Assembly (NCBI GenBank): GCA_965112155.1
Contig: OZ218098.1
DNA from: Podarcis liolepis
Taxonomy: Eukaryota
Length of the DNA stretch: 64,000 nucleotides
Strand: one strand, 5' to 3'
Under the pieces are notes generated by a model. That model did not search any database. It was not told the DNA's origin and saw nothing but the letters and a program-made list of their open reading frames with translations. This document shows positions 52,378-64,000 of the stretch, piece after piece. Positions within the stretch are counted from its first letter, which is position 1. Each line of letters begins with the position of its first letter. A program made the position numbers and the translations under genes.

Positions 52378-52799
52378 GTAAACAAACAAACCCCTGTGTT
52401 GCAAAATATGAGTCAGCAATAATCAGTAATCGCATGAGCACTGTTCCAGAGTATTTTTCATTATATCTATTCGAAAAAAAGATTGGTTAATGAAAAATTA
52501 CATATCTTTCTAATTACGAGTGTTGAACTAATTGGCTGATGAAGAATTCAACGAAACGGTAGTTGTTATCCAGAAACACTGTTCAGCAGAGTTCAGAGTC
52601 GGACATCAGAATTGGACATTTGCTGATTATACAAAGCTTCACAGCTTGCTCTCCGCTGGGTAAAATCTGGCACCGTGATTTATTTAAGGACTTTCAGAGA
52701 CTTTCAGAGACTTCAGTTTGTTAGTTTTGATGTTTTGAATTATTCCATAAAGTTTTTCACATTGTTATCGTTTCTGGCCATCGTGTTGCTTTTGATATT
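52378..52799 (+). mobile_element. 422-bp insertion flanked by a 16-bp direct duplication, containing a degenerate hammerhead-like core (52536-52557)
   Basis: gcttgttcattttaaa at 52362-52377 and 52800-52815; the paralogous L1 copy at about 62755 lacks the insert. Confidence 0.7.
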
Positions 52800-52905
52800 G
52801 CTTGTTCATTTTAAAAGCAATGTTAGTGGCAAAGAGGCTTGTCATAGGCACTTGGAAAGCTTCACATCCCTCATGCTCTCAAGTCTGGCACAGTTATTTG
52901 ACTCA

Positions 52906-53174
52906 GGGCTCATCCACTCCACACTTCCAGCTGTCCCACTACTTCCTTCTGGGGAAACTCATTCCTTACCACTGAATCAGAGCAAATGTGAACCAGGTTT
53001 TCCATGGATTGGCATTTGCTCCAATTCTATGCTAAAGAGTGGGTTTTCCTGAGGAAAACGATGGGGAAAAGAGAAAATCTCTCAGACTTGTGTACCCAGA
53101 AAGCACATGACAAGTAGAAAATGTCTAGGACCTCTGCTTTCTAGGCATGGGACAAGCAGAGTGTGGATGAGCCC
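52906..53174. mobile_element. PIF/Harbinger-like MITE nested in the L1 fragment
   Basis: TIRs gggctcatccac / gtggatgagccc; flanks tca/tta; absent from the paralogous L1 copy. Confidence 0.65.
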
Positions 53175-53574
53175 TTATTAATAGGAAGGGGAGGAATAGT
53201 CTATAGCAAATCCAATAAACTGCAAACTTGCTCAGATACTGGGAAATCACGGAGGGCAGTTGTGAGGGAGTGGAAATGCAGGTTGCTCTTTTCCTTTTAG
53301 GCAACCTTTAGCCTCCAGCCAGCCAGATATGGTTCATTACACACACTTCATATTTCTCTGTTGTTTCTAATATTTGGAAGGAAAATGCTGGGTTAAGACA
53401 AGGGACTGACTAATGGCGAAGTTACATAGAAAGGAATAACAACAAATGCTGTTATAATGGGGTTTGCTAATCTATCTGAAGCTATTTGTATAATGAAAAT
53501 TCCAACAGACAGTTAATAAAAAAGAGTAGAGGGTTTGTATTATGCTTGGGCATTTTCAAATTTACACAACTGTG

Positions 53575-53957
53575 ATCTCTTTGGTGATCGCTCGTAGCCG
53601 AGTACGATCGTCTTCCATAAACATGGTTTTAACAATGAGTCCTTAAGTGACTGTGGAGGCCAATTCTGGATCCACAGTCCTTCCACAGTAGGGACACTGG
53701 TTTCCACGTGGGAGTTGATCATGGTGTGGATTTGTCAAGCATGCCTTCCTCTTAGCATGTTTCTCCCTTGTGTCCTGAGTTCGAGTGTCTTCAAAGCCCA
53801 TGACACCTTTGGTAGAGGCTGTTCTCCAACTGGAGCGCTCAAAGGCCAGTCTTTCCCAGTTGTCAGTGCTTATGCTACATTTTTAAAGATTTGCCTTGAG
53901 ACAGTCTTTAAACCTCTTTTGTTGACCACCAGCATTACACTTTCCATTTTTAACTGT
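53575..53957 (-). mobile_element. RTE-clade LINE 3' end
   Basis: Minus-strand translation approx. GGQQKRFKDCLKANLK..STDNWERLAFERSSWR...QCPYCGR, the RTE C-terminal signature. Confidence 0.85.
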
Positions 53958-54361
53958 GATAAGGATGGTACAGATGCCTCAATAGTGTTTTGTCCCTACC
54001 TAATGCTGGCAATTAGAGAGTCATCAGAGTCCTGCTGCTCATTAATGTTTAGCGGTCAATTCTACAGACATTTATTATCATCTTCACTTATTATACACTG
54101 TTTTCATTTGTTTCAAGTGCATTTTTAATAAATAAATGTCGAGCTGTGTACTGGAGTACTGAGCCATTGCACGTCCATCCTAATCCACAATAATCCAAAA
54201 TAACCCCCTATCCAGCCGAGAAAGGATGGAAAGATGGATCTGAGGAGGAAGAACCGGGTTCCCAACCACAGTCACTGCAAGTGCTGCTCTTGCTACTGGA
54301 TTCCATACCACATTATAGGACTCTATGAAAGTGCTTTTCTTGTCTTAGAACACGAGAGCAT

Positions 54362-54619
54362 GCAGCTCATGGACTGGTAACAGCTCTCCAGGGTTTCAAA
54401 CAGGGAACATTCCCAGTCTTACCTGGAGATGCAAGAGACTGAACCTGGAACCTTTTGGATACAAAGCATAGAATCGTAGAGTTGGAAGGGACCCTGAGGA
54501 TCATCTAGTCCAACCCCCTGCAATGCAATAGGGGGATTGAACCTGCAACCTTAGCGTTATCAGCACCAAGCTCTAACCAGTTGAACTATCCAGGCTGACA
54601 CTGAGCCACAGCCTTTCCC
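54362..54619 (-). mobile_element. Squam3-like SINE split by the tRNA-Ile/CR1 SINE
   Basis: cagctctccagggtttcaaacagg...acctggagatgc...gaacctggaacctt before the insert and ctgagccacagcctttccc after it. Confidence 0.65.
54467..54595 (-). mobile_element. tRNA-Ile-headed SINE with CR1 3' tail, nested in an older SINE
   Basis: Minus strand: GCCTGGATAGTTCAACTGGTTAGAGCTTGGTGCTGATAACGCTAAGGTTGCAGGTTCAATCCCC followed by TGCATTGCAGGGGGTTGGACTAGATGATCCTCAGGGTCCCTTCCAACTCTACGATTCTATG. Confidence 0.8.
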
Positions 54620-54652
54620 TGCACTAACACCTCCTCCACCCACAGAGATGGA

Positions 54653-54930
54653 TGTTAGTATTTCATGCTTCTGATGCTGCAGATGTGATTGGTGTAATTC
54701 ACATGCCTGTCTGGGAAGACCATGGGAATGGAAGACAGACTTATCTCTCTTCCGTTGTGGGTACTGTTGGACTGTATTTTTGCTTTTACTTCTGTTCTGT
54801 TCTCTCCCGGAGCTGATGAGAGAGGACGCCATAATTCTTTGTCTGTACATTTTGTGTAAATAAATACATAGATGAGCTCTACGATGTCTCACACTTCTTG
54901 CTGCTAGAAGACTAGTGTGCATATACCATC
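54653..54930 (+). mobile_element. Solo LTR-like relic
   Basis: Starts tgtta, has ggacgccat and tgtaAATAAA layout typical of gypsy LTRs; boundaries uncertain. Confidence 0.35.
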
Positions 54931-55099
54931 TGGTATATGTCACTGAGCATGCTGGAGAAGAAGGGAAATTACTTTTCCAGAGCTGCGCAGGACAGCAGGG
55001 GCTGCAGGAGCACCTCAGGGCGTTTTCCAATCAGCATAGGAGAGGGGCTGGAAAGACCTGCAACCAAATGCTAAATTCCTACTTGTGGTGAGTCAAAAG

Positions 55100-55552
55100 C
55101 AGGGTTTGAAATTAGCAGGGCGCCAGGCACATTTTGCCCCTAAAGGTTCTCGATTTGCGAGTACCTCAAAAAGTCTGGGTGCCATTTTTTGCACTTGGCT
55201 GACACTCAAGAATTACTGAAATGTATGTGCTTTGAAGCCTCAAAGTATATGTTAAGGATAGACAATATGTTAATGAGTTTAACAATAAAGAGTAGAGTGT
55301 TTTGAAAACTGAAGTACAGTACCAATTTGCAAGCACCAAATTAAACTAACAATTTCTTCTAAAAATGTGATATTGACAATGTGTCACTTACGTGAATTGT
55401 GTATTAGTTCATGCTTATCAAAATAATAAATAGAAAGTTTTGCCACACACACATCCCCCAGTGGCAACTAGGCATTCTGTTTGGGTGCCCACAACCCAGG
55501 TCCCAGAAGCCATTTGGCTCCTAGCTTTACTATCCCATTTTCTAACCTACTG
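55100..55552. mobile_element. hAT non-autonomous element
   Basis: 8-bp TSD gtcaaaag/gtcaaacg; degenerate CAG...CTG TIRs. Confidence 0.6.
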
Positions 55553-56625
55553 GTCAAACGTTCCTTGCTGCTTCCAATAAGAGAGGATGGCCGTGTGCTC
55601 CTGAGTGTCTGCTTTCTTTTCCTTGCACCATTGTGACTGGCACATCACATTTCCTGGATTCTCAAAGTAAAGTATGCACTCACTGAACTAGCAGTTGGGT
55701 GGGGGCAAGCTTTCATAAATTTTATCTGGAAAGCTGAAGGAAATAATGAAACAATAATTGAGGACCTGACAAGCATTTTGTGTGAGCTGCTGAACCGATT
55801 TTAATGGCACATTTTGGCATATTACTAATCCATTCCTGCAAGAAGTACTAAAAAGTAGCCCCAAATGAATGGCCTGGTAGCAATTCATTTATGATACATT
55901 AACTCAAGCTGTTCTTCTGCACATTTCCTTGATGCTGCACTATTCCAGGGTGACTTAATCGTATTCATATTTAGGATTGCATACACAGATCTCACTGCCT
56001 CATTCTCAGGGTCCTGGATGAAATTCTCTCCCGATAATTGATTTTAAGTTACAATTAACTTACACACTCACCGCACTCTGGTAGTCCTCTTTAGAGGAAC
56101 TGTTCATTGTGTAATGCCATCACTCAGGAAGATAATTAACAGAATTTGCCCCTTACCTAAGACAGAAAACACAGGAATTGGTTCGGCGCTGAATTGGTTC
56201 ATTGCCTTTTTTAGTCTTCCCTGTTCAGAATATGAGTCCATGGCAACTGTATGATTAATATCTATGGGTTGATAAAACTAACTATTCAAGTCAGAATCCA
56301 TAATTATGGTGATAATAGGATAATAGTGAGTGCAGGCTTGGAGATTTTTAATCAGAGCTTAAGGATAAGAGTTCAGAGTTAGTTTCCTATCAAAATATTG
56401 TGTCTGCAATGATCATCTAAAAATCTGACAAACATTAATTTCTATACACTACAGTCAGTATAAATCCCAAAATACTTCTTAATAAGCAAATAAGGAGATA
56501 GGATCTCCTAATTTTATTAGTTTTCATGATCAATAGAGAACAGCTTAGTTTTCAGATATAAATTCCAGTTCCAAATCTATGCTTCGGTACGTATACAAGG
56601 TTGTTGTTTTTTGCACACAGTGCAA

Positions 56626-57673
56626 AATGTGGTAAAATGTGGACTGGACGAGGTAACTGTGAGGTGGATTTGTAGTTGGTTGACCGACCAAACCCGGAGA
56701 ATGCTCACTAATGATTCTTCATCAACCTGGAAAAACGTGACAAGTGGGGTGCCACAGGGTTCTGTCCTGGACTGTTGTTGTTCAACATCTATATAAATTA
56801 CTGTACTTGAATGAAGGAATTGATGGGGTGCTAATCAAATTTGCAGATGACGCCAACCTGGGAGGGGTAGCCAATGCTGCAGAAGACAGAATCAGGAATC
56901 AATATGACCTTAACAGATTGCAGAACTGGGCCCAAGCTAACAAAATGACTTTCAGTAGGGACAAATATTAAGGTTCTACAATTGGCAGGAAGAACCAGCT
57001 GCACAAATATAAGACGGGGACACGTGGTTTGCCAGTAGTACCAGGGGTCTTGGTGGACCACAAGCTTAACATGAATCAACAATGTGATACAGCAGCAAAA
57101 AACACTAAGCTTTTTCGAGGCTGCATCAACAGAAGTATAGTTTCCTGATCAAGGGAAGTCAAAGTACCACTCTATTCTGCCTTGGTCAGACCACATCTGG
57201 AGTACTGTGTCCAGTTCTGGGCACTACAGTTAAAGAAGGATATTGACAAGGCTGGAATGTGTGCAGAGGAGGGTGAACAAGATGATCAAGGGTCTGGGAA
57301 CCAAGCCTTATGAGGAATGGTTGAGGGAGTTGGGTATGTCTGGCCTGGATAAGAGGAGACTGAGAGGAAATATGACAGCCATCTTCAAATGTCTAAAGGA
57401 CTGTCACATGGAAGATGGAGCAAGATTGTTTATTCCTGCTCCGGAAGGCTAGGCCGCAATCCAACGGCTTAAAGTTACAAGAAAAGAAATTCTGACTAAA
57501 CATCAGGAAGAACTTTCTTGGAAGGTGTAGGACTCTTCTTCCTTGGAGGTTTTTAAGCAGAGGTTGGATAGCCATATGTCGTGGATGCTTTAGTTAAGAT
57601 TCCTGCATTGCAGGGGATTGCATGAGATGACCCTTGGGGTCCCTTCCAATTCTACAGTTCTATGATTCTATGA
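56626..57673 (+). mobile_element. CR1 LINE, 5'-truncated, degenerate RT/C-terminal ORF2 plus 3' tail
   Basis: VTSGVPQGSVL, LIKFADD, DLNRLQNWA, LECVQRR..KMIKGL, RRLRG peptides in ORFs 56611, 56744 and 57243; ends in (TTCTATGA)n. Confidence 0.93.
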
Positions 57674-58661
57674 TCAAACTGAAAAATTAACAGCAGCCTT
57701 CAGAAACCTCTGTTGTAATTATGCAGAAAGCACAGGAAAGGTGGTGGTTTGTATATTTCTAATTTCGTCACTGTTTGTATCAAGGAACCAGAAACAGCCA
57801 CACTGCAAACCAAATGTACACATTACTCAATCTGTGGTGTTTGAACAAAGATCCAGCAAAGGCAGAAGTTTATTCCCAGTGTCAGTACACTAAATTCCTC
57901 TTTCAGTCGCAAGATATACATCCCTATAATGGGTTCAATTATTACAGATACAAAGCCAAGTCACAGATACTGGATATCAACAGGTCTTAAATGCAAACTA
58001 AACTGGACAACATTGCTCCAGATTGCATTCATTCAGAAAATGGTGCTAAGTGTATTCTGGGGGGGAAAGGATGAACATTTAAAAGGCCTGAGACAGATAT
58101 ACAGAACACAGCAGTTAGTTTTGAAAATCTTGGTTTGAGTTTTTGGACACTAATTCTTTCCAAGAGGCTTTTCATCAACCACCTAAAGCAAAGCAAAGTT
58201 AGATCCCTTTTACCAAATATCACATATCCCCATTTTCCATGTTGTCTTTGTGGCTTTCAGGCAAGAAACTGTTTTATGCTTATTGCACTAAATGTATTAC
58301 ATGCTAACCAAAGCCACAGCCGTCTCTTCAATGCTTGACTAACTAGATTAACAGAGGCCAAACCCGCTTCAGCCTGGTCACAAGGTTAATTGTTGCCTGA
58401 TTATACTGAGTTGCTGGAGATTAGCTTGCCAAGGTACACAGTGTAAAGCTTTAGAGATCTTAAATGTGCCAGGCCTCCTTTAAATAGTGCTCCAGAGCAA
58501 GAGATCCACCAGAAGCTCTTCTTTATCTTCTATTTTGTACAGCCAGAGTTTTCAGTGTTTCCATGACAAGCACCAATGGTACAGAGGCTAAAATTAGAAG
58601 GCTATAGCAAATATTTCTCTGGGGAAAGGCACTCAATGAGACTCTTATACAACAAACCTTC

Positions 58662-58790
58662 AGGGAAGGGCCATAGCTCAACAGTACAGCAAACATCCTT
58701 CATGCAGAAAGGTCGCAGGTTCAGTTGTCAGCATCTCCAGGTAGGACTGGGGGACGGGACTTCTTTCTGAATCCACAGAGAGCCATTGCT
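58662..58790 (+). mobile_element. Squam3-like SINE fragment
   Basis: GGGAAGGGCCATAGCTCA...CATGCAGAAAGGTCGCAGGTTCAG...CATCTCCAGGTAGGACTGGG. Confidence 0.7.
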
Positions 58791-59040
58791 GAGTTAAATG
58801 TGTTTGCTTCCTCTTGGTAAGAAGATCTACCACGCTGGTGTTTTCTTCCATTCAAGCCCAAATCCTAGAATATGATATCTCTGATACCACATCATGCAAA
58901 TCCAAATCATAGTTCTCCTGATGCAGTTTGTGGATGTCACCATTGCTGGCTGGAAGATTTCATCTTTGCCACCTTGCCCAAAGCAGCTAGTCCTCTCTGG
59001 TTCTACTGCATCTTCCAGACTCACGCAAACCAGCCATAGG

Positions 59041-59221
59041 GAAGGCTGGCCCATCCATGAGGCGAGGTGAGCTGACTGCCTTGGGTGGCAGGATCCACAG
59101 GGGCAGCAGATCCCAATGAATACCTTTATTCCCCACTAGTTCCTGATACAGATCTCACCCTTTCTTGGGGGCACCATTTTGCAGTTTGCCACAAGTACCA
59201 AAATGTCTTGGGTCAGCCCTG
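59041..59221. mobile_element. hAT MITE
   Basis: 8-bp TSD gccatagg/gtcatagg; TIR-like aggctggccc / gggtcagccctg. Confidence 0.6.
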
Positions 59222-59419
59222 GTCATAGGCAGCTTCAGGGTTTTGTGTTCTCTCTCTAGCAGAGGGGTAAGAGAGCTCCAGTTAGTTTCTTAGGACCCCA
59301 AACTTATTTACCTCCCAACATCCGAAGCACATGCTCCTCTGGGCAATGCCTAAAGCTGACCCTCTTGCTGTCATGTGCCTACCTTGGGATTACACAGTGA
59401 ACTATATATCCAGGAAGTA

Positions 59420-59936
59420 CCGTATTTTTCGCTCTATAGGGCGCACCTGACCATAGGGCGCACCTAGTTTTCAGAGGGGGAAATCAAGGAAAAAATATGA
59501 TTTCCCCCTCCCCAGCTCTGGGAGCAGTGGACAGGCTGCACGCAGCCTGTGTGCTTCTCCCAGACCTTCTCCCTGCTTTTGCAGGAGGTGGGGGAATTCC
59601 CCCATCTCCCACAAAAGCCCACAGGAGGGAGAAGGGACTGACTCGGCCAGTCAGTCCCTTCTCCCTCCTTGGGGAAAAGCCCCCAAGAGTGGCGCGCTCT
59701 TTAAAGGCTGCGCGGCTCCTGCGGGCTTTTCTACGAGGAGGGAGAAGGGACTGACGTGGCCAGTCAGTCCCTTCTCCCTCCTGGGGAAAAGCCCACAAGA
59801 GCAGCACCGAGCTTGTGTGCAGCTCTTGGGGGCTTTTCCCGCCTGCCTCCCCCTGCATTCGCTCCATAGGACGCACACACATTTTCCCTTGCTTTTTAGG
59901 AGGGAAAAAGTGCGTCCTATAGAGAGAAAAATACGG
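59420..59936. mobile_element. Tc2/pogo-like non-autonomous DNA transposon with internal hairpin repeats
   Basis: TA TSD; TIRs ccgtatttttcgctctatagggcgcac / gtgcgtcctatagagagaaaaatacgg. Confidence 0.88.
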
Positions 59937-62419
59937 TATGTGCCCCATATTGTATTTCCCAATTCCCCACATGCTGAGGCGATCCTCAAGCACCAAAGTT
60001 TTCTCCTCAGACAACAAACAAAGAAATCTTATTTTCCCAAACCTTTCCTTCCCACCCTTAAAAAAAAAAAGAGCAGGCTAGGAGCAAAGAGAACATGAAG
60101 TATCTGTGAAAGAATTCATTAAGACTGATATTTCAGGTCATAATAAAAATTAGGCCATGCCACTAAAGAGAGCAACTAACTTATAGCTGTTGTCTTGCAA
60201 ATAAAACAACTGCATGCACCTATAAATTTTGATGTCTAGTGACTGAATCTTGTTAATTTCAGATGGTTGATTAGTATATACCACCTCTTTTTGATCTCAA
60301 CTGGCACAAGAGTCCTTCTCCCTTCTGTCGTCAGACCAAGTGTGTATATAGTATCTTAAACCTGAAAAGGCTGCCCTGCGCATCCCCCCCCCCCACTCAG
60401 GGAAGTTTGAGGAAAGCAGATGAATAAAGATGGCACTGATGGATTCTCAGATGTGTGCTGAGAGGGAGAGACAAAAGGAAAACAAGCAGAAGCTTTGAAA
60501 AATGTGACTCTTTGAAATTTCAGAAAGTGCATCACATATCGTCAGAAAAATGGTTGCACCAAAAAGTAAGAGAACATGACTATTCTCAAAGCCATGACAA
60601 CTATTTACCAAAGACGTTCTGCAAACAATACAGATGATAAACCAATGAGAACACTAGGATGGTTAACTCATTTCATACTTCTTCAGAAGCAGAATGGAGA
60701 ATCATTTGTAGACGGTGGCTATAAATCCCTTTCAATGCCTCTTTCTTTCAGGAATGTGTTATTCCTATTAATCTTCTTTGAATCTTCTATGAACTTTTAA
60801 TCATTTGAGTTCAATCTGAAAGCTGTGGCTCAAAAGACTGTAATCCAAAAGTGAAGAAATTTAGAGTCCCAGGCAAGGAGTAAGTTATACCAGTATGCTG
60901 TTGTATGCTGTTCAGTATGCTGAAGGAAGTACTAAAGGAAGTGGCAGAAAATTTGTATTTGCAATTTTGTAGTCCATATACAAATATCTACACATGTCCA
61001 CATGTATAGCTGTTCATGTTGTTATAACTATTATTAATGATATCATTCATTTTCACTTGGGTTCCTGTAACTTTGTCTTTATATATATAACTTTGTTATT
61101 TATATGAACAGTAATGGAACAAATCACCAAAAGTACCTAATCTCCAGGAAATAAGTTCATTTTTTAAAATTCTGTACATAGAAAAACCCATACTAGGTGA
61201 GAAAGTGAATGGATTGGCTAAAGGAGAACCATGCCGATTCTTTATTTAGGTTTTCCAGAGATAAATCTTGTCCAACATGATGAATGAGCAATACGTGCCC
61301 TTAAAAGGTTCCCTCTTATAAAAAGTAATAAGAATAGTTGATGAGAGCTTTGTTTAGAGCCTGCAATGAGATAGAGGAATATGCAGCTATTGGTTTAGAA
61401 ACACATTGTCCCAGGTATCTGTTTTTAGTAGATAGCAGTCATGACAGATATTCAAAAGCAACTTGGAAAAAGGTCATTTTTGAAGGCCTATCTTCAGCCA
61501 TGCTGAATGAAGCAATCTGTTAGAAACATTTCCTTTTCTCTTCATTCAGTGACTTTTTAAACAGATGTTTATGCAATAAAATTTGATACGAATGCAGTTA
61601 GCAGATCTACTTCAAAGCATGGTCACTTATAGGTTAGGAAATGGGCTGATCAAGTGAGTTTTCTTGCAGATAAAGACTTGCAGAATGCTATAACATGGCT
61701 GCATTTGTACATCATACTTAACTAAAAGTGAAAAACAACAACTGTGGAGCCAGGCATACACTTAGAATTAAGGAACAAGACACCTTAGAACACATGCTCA
61801 GCTCAGGGATTTGTTTGCAGTGCCAGAACTGAGCTCACAGTTTTTGTCACTCACAAAACTCCTCATTTCCTCCCCAAGTTTTCTTCAATTCAATGGCCTA
61901 ATTTGTGCTGGAAGAACCTTTCTCATTCACTGTCACTGGTAAACAGTTGGGACTCAGAAACTCTTACCTAGGTAAGCCCAGGTGAGCCTTGGACTCACAC
62001 CCTCCTCCTTCTCTGCACTGGTGCAGCTTTTGCATATCAGATTGTCATGTTATCTGAATTGACAAACTATGGTCAATGTTCATTATGATTTGTTTGAAAC
62101 AAGCCGTACTGAAGTCACTGAGTCAGCAGCTGGCAAGGCTTACTGTCACCTCTCAGTTAAGAACCCTCAGTTGACCCTTTATAAAGGTTTGGAGGAAGAT
62201 TTGCACATGGGGGGAGTATTAGTGAGAACTTTTCAAGGCAGCTCAACAGATTGCCTGTAGCCATTTCAAGCATTCAACAGACTTTTGAAGCCATTCCAGA
62301 AGAGCAGGACAGCAGATAAATAGATTCACTGGAAGGTACAAGTTGAACCTTTTTGTTTAAACTAGCTCTCAGCTCTTAGGGTACCATACATTTTTGTAGA
62401 AGAGGTGTGGCTTATGAAG

Positions 62420-62925
62420 TCTTGGAGATGCTGATTCTGCCCTCCATTCAGAAGCTGGCAGAGAGATACTAAAAACCTTTTGAGCATAATCAATTTATGA
62501 GTCCCCATGGCATTTTGCCACCCTTCTTTTAAGATGCCAGAGTAATGCACGGAGACACTAGCAGCATATGCTCAGATATGCATTACATTCACACCTGGAA
62601 TGTGTTTTAGACATGCATTCTAGAAGGGTACAGTTGTCCTTCTCTTTGGGGATGAAGTTTGCAGGTATTTAAAAATGTCACATTGGGTATAATGTATAAT
62701 TTTGGCTTCCGATGCTTCATACTAGGACACCTACCAGTGGTATGATGTCACAAAGCTTGTTCAGTTTTAGAGCAATGTCAGTGGCAAAAAGGCTTGTTGC
62801 AGGCACTTGGAAAGCTTCACATCCCTTAAGGCACTCAGGTCTGGCACAGTTAACTGATGGAAAGAGGAGGAATGGTCTATAGCAAATCTGATAAGCTACA
62901 AACCTGTTGAGATACTAGGAAACAA
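62420..62925 (+). mobile_element. Second copy of the same old L1-type fragment, uninterrupted
   Basis: Shares long blocks with 52030-53250, e.g. ggcacttggaaagcttcacatccct, ttggagatgctga, ccattcagaag. Confidence 0.6.
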
Positions 62926-63355
62926 CTGAGGGAATGGATTGGGAACCCGTGGCCCTCCAGAGCTTGCTAGGCTACATCTCCCATAATTCCTGACATCTGT
63001 CTATGCTGGCTGTGGCAGATGGCAGTTGTAGTTCAACAGCATCTGAAGGGCCAGAGCTTCCTCACCCCTGACTATGAAGGGCACCAGAACATAAGAGACT
63101 GATAAATTCCTCATTTATCAACTTTGATGCAACCGTGCTCCCTTTGTAAGAGAAAGTTTGCATACAGAGGGTTGCAAACTGCACTCCTCAAAATTATTTT
63201 TTTCCTGTACAGTACAAGCATTGGGGGAGGGCCACAACCCCAAAACTGGAAGTTAATTTTAAAAAGGACAATACCCTGTATCAAATTTTGATTGCCCTTA
63301 TGCAAACACACCTGATATTATTTTGTGTACATCCTATTGTCCTATCATGATAAAG

Positions 63356-63657
63356 CAGGTAGGTAAAACAGATAAACGACCCCTGGATGGTTAAGTCCTG
63401 TCAAAGGTGACTATGAGGTGCGGCGCTCATCTCGCTTCAGACCAAGGGAGCCGGCGTTTGTCCACAGACAGGTTACCTTCCCACCACAGTGGTACCTATT
63501 TATCTACTTGCACTGGTATGCTTTTGAACTGCTAGGTTGGCAGAAGCTGGGATAGACCAACGGAAGCTTACCCCGTTGCACGGATTCAAACTGTTGACCT
63601 TCTGATCAGCAGGCCCAAGAGGCGCCGTGGTCTAAACCACAGCGCCATCCTCTCCCC
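63356..63657 (-). mobile_element. Sauria SINE with internal deletion
   Basis: Reverse complement of the 16915 element but lacking the central about 80 bp. Confidence 0.85.
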
Positions 63658-64000
63658 AAATCTATAGGTGAGCCAGGAGGGTGCACTTCAGCAAGGGAAG
63701 CAAGTGAGAGCTGTTTCAGGACCCTGGACAGAGGACAAGGAGCAGATTACATGTTCCACAGAGAACATCAAAAACAGAAATGATTATTTCTAAGACAACA
63801 TAGAAAAAGTCAGGACCATTCAAACACAAACACACACACACTGCAAATTGTGCTCATTATGTAAACATACACAGAAATAAAGTAAAATAAAATAGCCATA
63901 AAACAGCTTCTGAACACAATATTAAAGCGCAATGAAAAAAATCTAACTTGACAACCTAACACAAATAAGCAAAACAATTGTTGAGTCAGACTATACTTCT

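Larger units (their letters stand above)
52030..53250 (+). mobile_element. Old L1-type LINE ORF2 C-terminal fragment with two nested insertions
   Basis: Colinear with 62420-62925; degenerate CFILG...VAKRLV..WK motif of the L1 ORF2 end. Confidence 0.6.

Noticed and set aside
54560-55030. 156-aa minus ORF
   Set aside because: Spans an LTR-like relic and SINE sequence; not DRD4 exon 1 (no TM1/TM2 motifs).
59484-60017. 177-aa minus ORF with internal repeat
   Set aside because: Produced by GC-rich hairpin repeats inside a non-autonomous transposon.

Overview
Vertebrate genomic DNA, inferred to be from a squamate reptile and probably a lacertid lizard, because it carries Sauria SINEs, Squam3-like SINEs and tRNA/CR1-tailed SINEs. 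Two convergent protein-coding genes are each cut by a window edge. DEAF1 (+ strand; SAND and MYND transcription factor) has 12 visible coding exons from 136 to the stop at 27873; exon 1 lies upstream. One of these is a 66-bp exon (22456-22521) absent from the human 12-exon model as I recall it. DRD4 (- strand; dopamine D4 receptor) has exons 2-4 from 45571 to the stop at 37090; exon 1 was not found, so intron 1 is >18 kb. The rest is introns and intergenic DNA dense in transposons: CR1, L2, RTE and L1 fragments, SINEs, hAT/Tc1-mariner/Harbinger MITEs, LTR-like relics and Penelope-like pieces. Most ORFs in the supplied track are spurious. Highlights: (1) an intact minimal hammerhead ribozyme core on the DRD4 sense strand in intron 3, plus three related hammerhead-like cores in intron 1 (two in an 88-bp inverted repeat, one in a 422-bp insertion with a 16-bp duplication); (2) three SINEs with different tRNA heads (Lys, Asn, Ile) sharing one CR1 3' tail, with a matching CR1 LINE in the same window; (3) the extra DEAF1 exon and two NAGNAG acceptors; (4) a speculative decayed minus-strand exon chain between the genes. 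All family assignments come from pattern recognition, not database searches.
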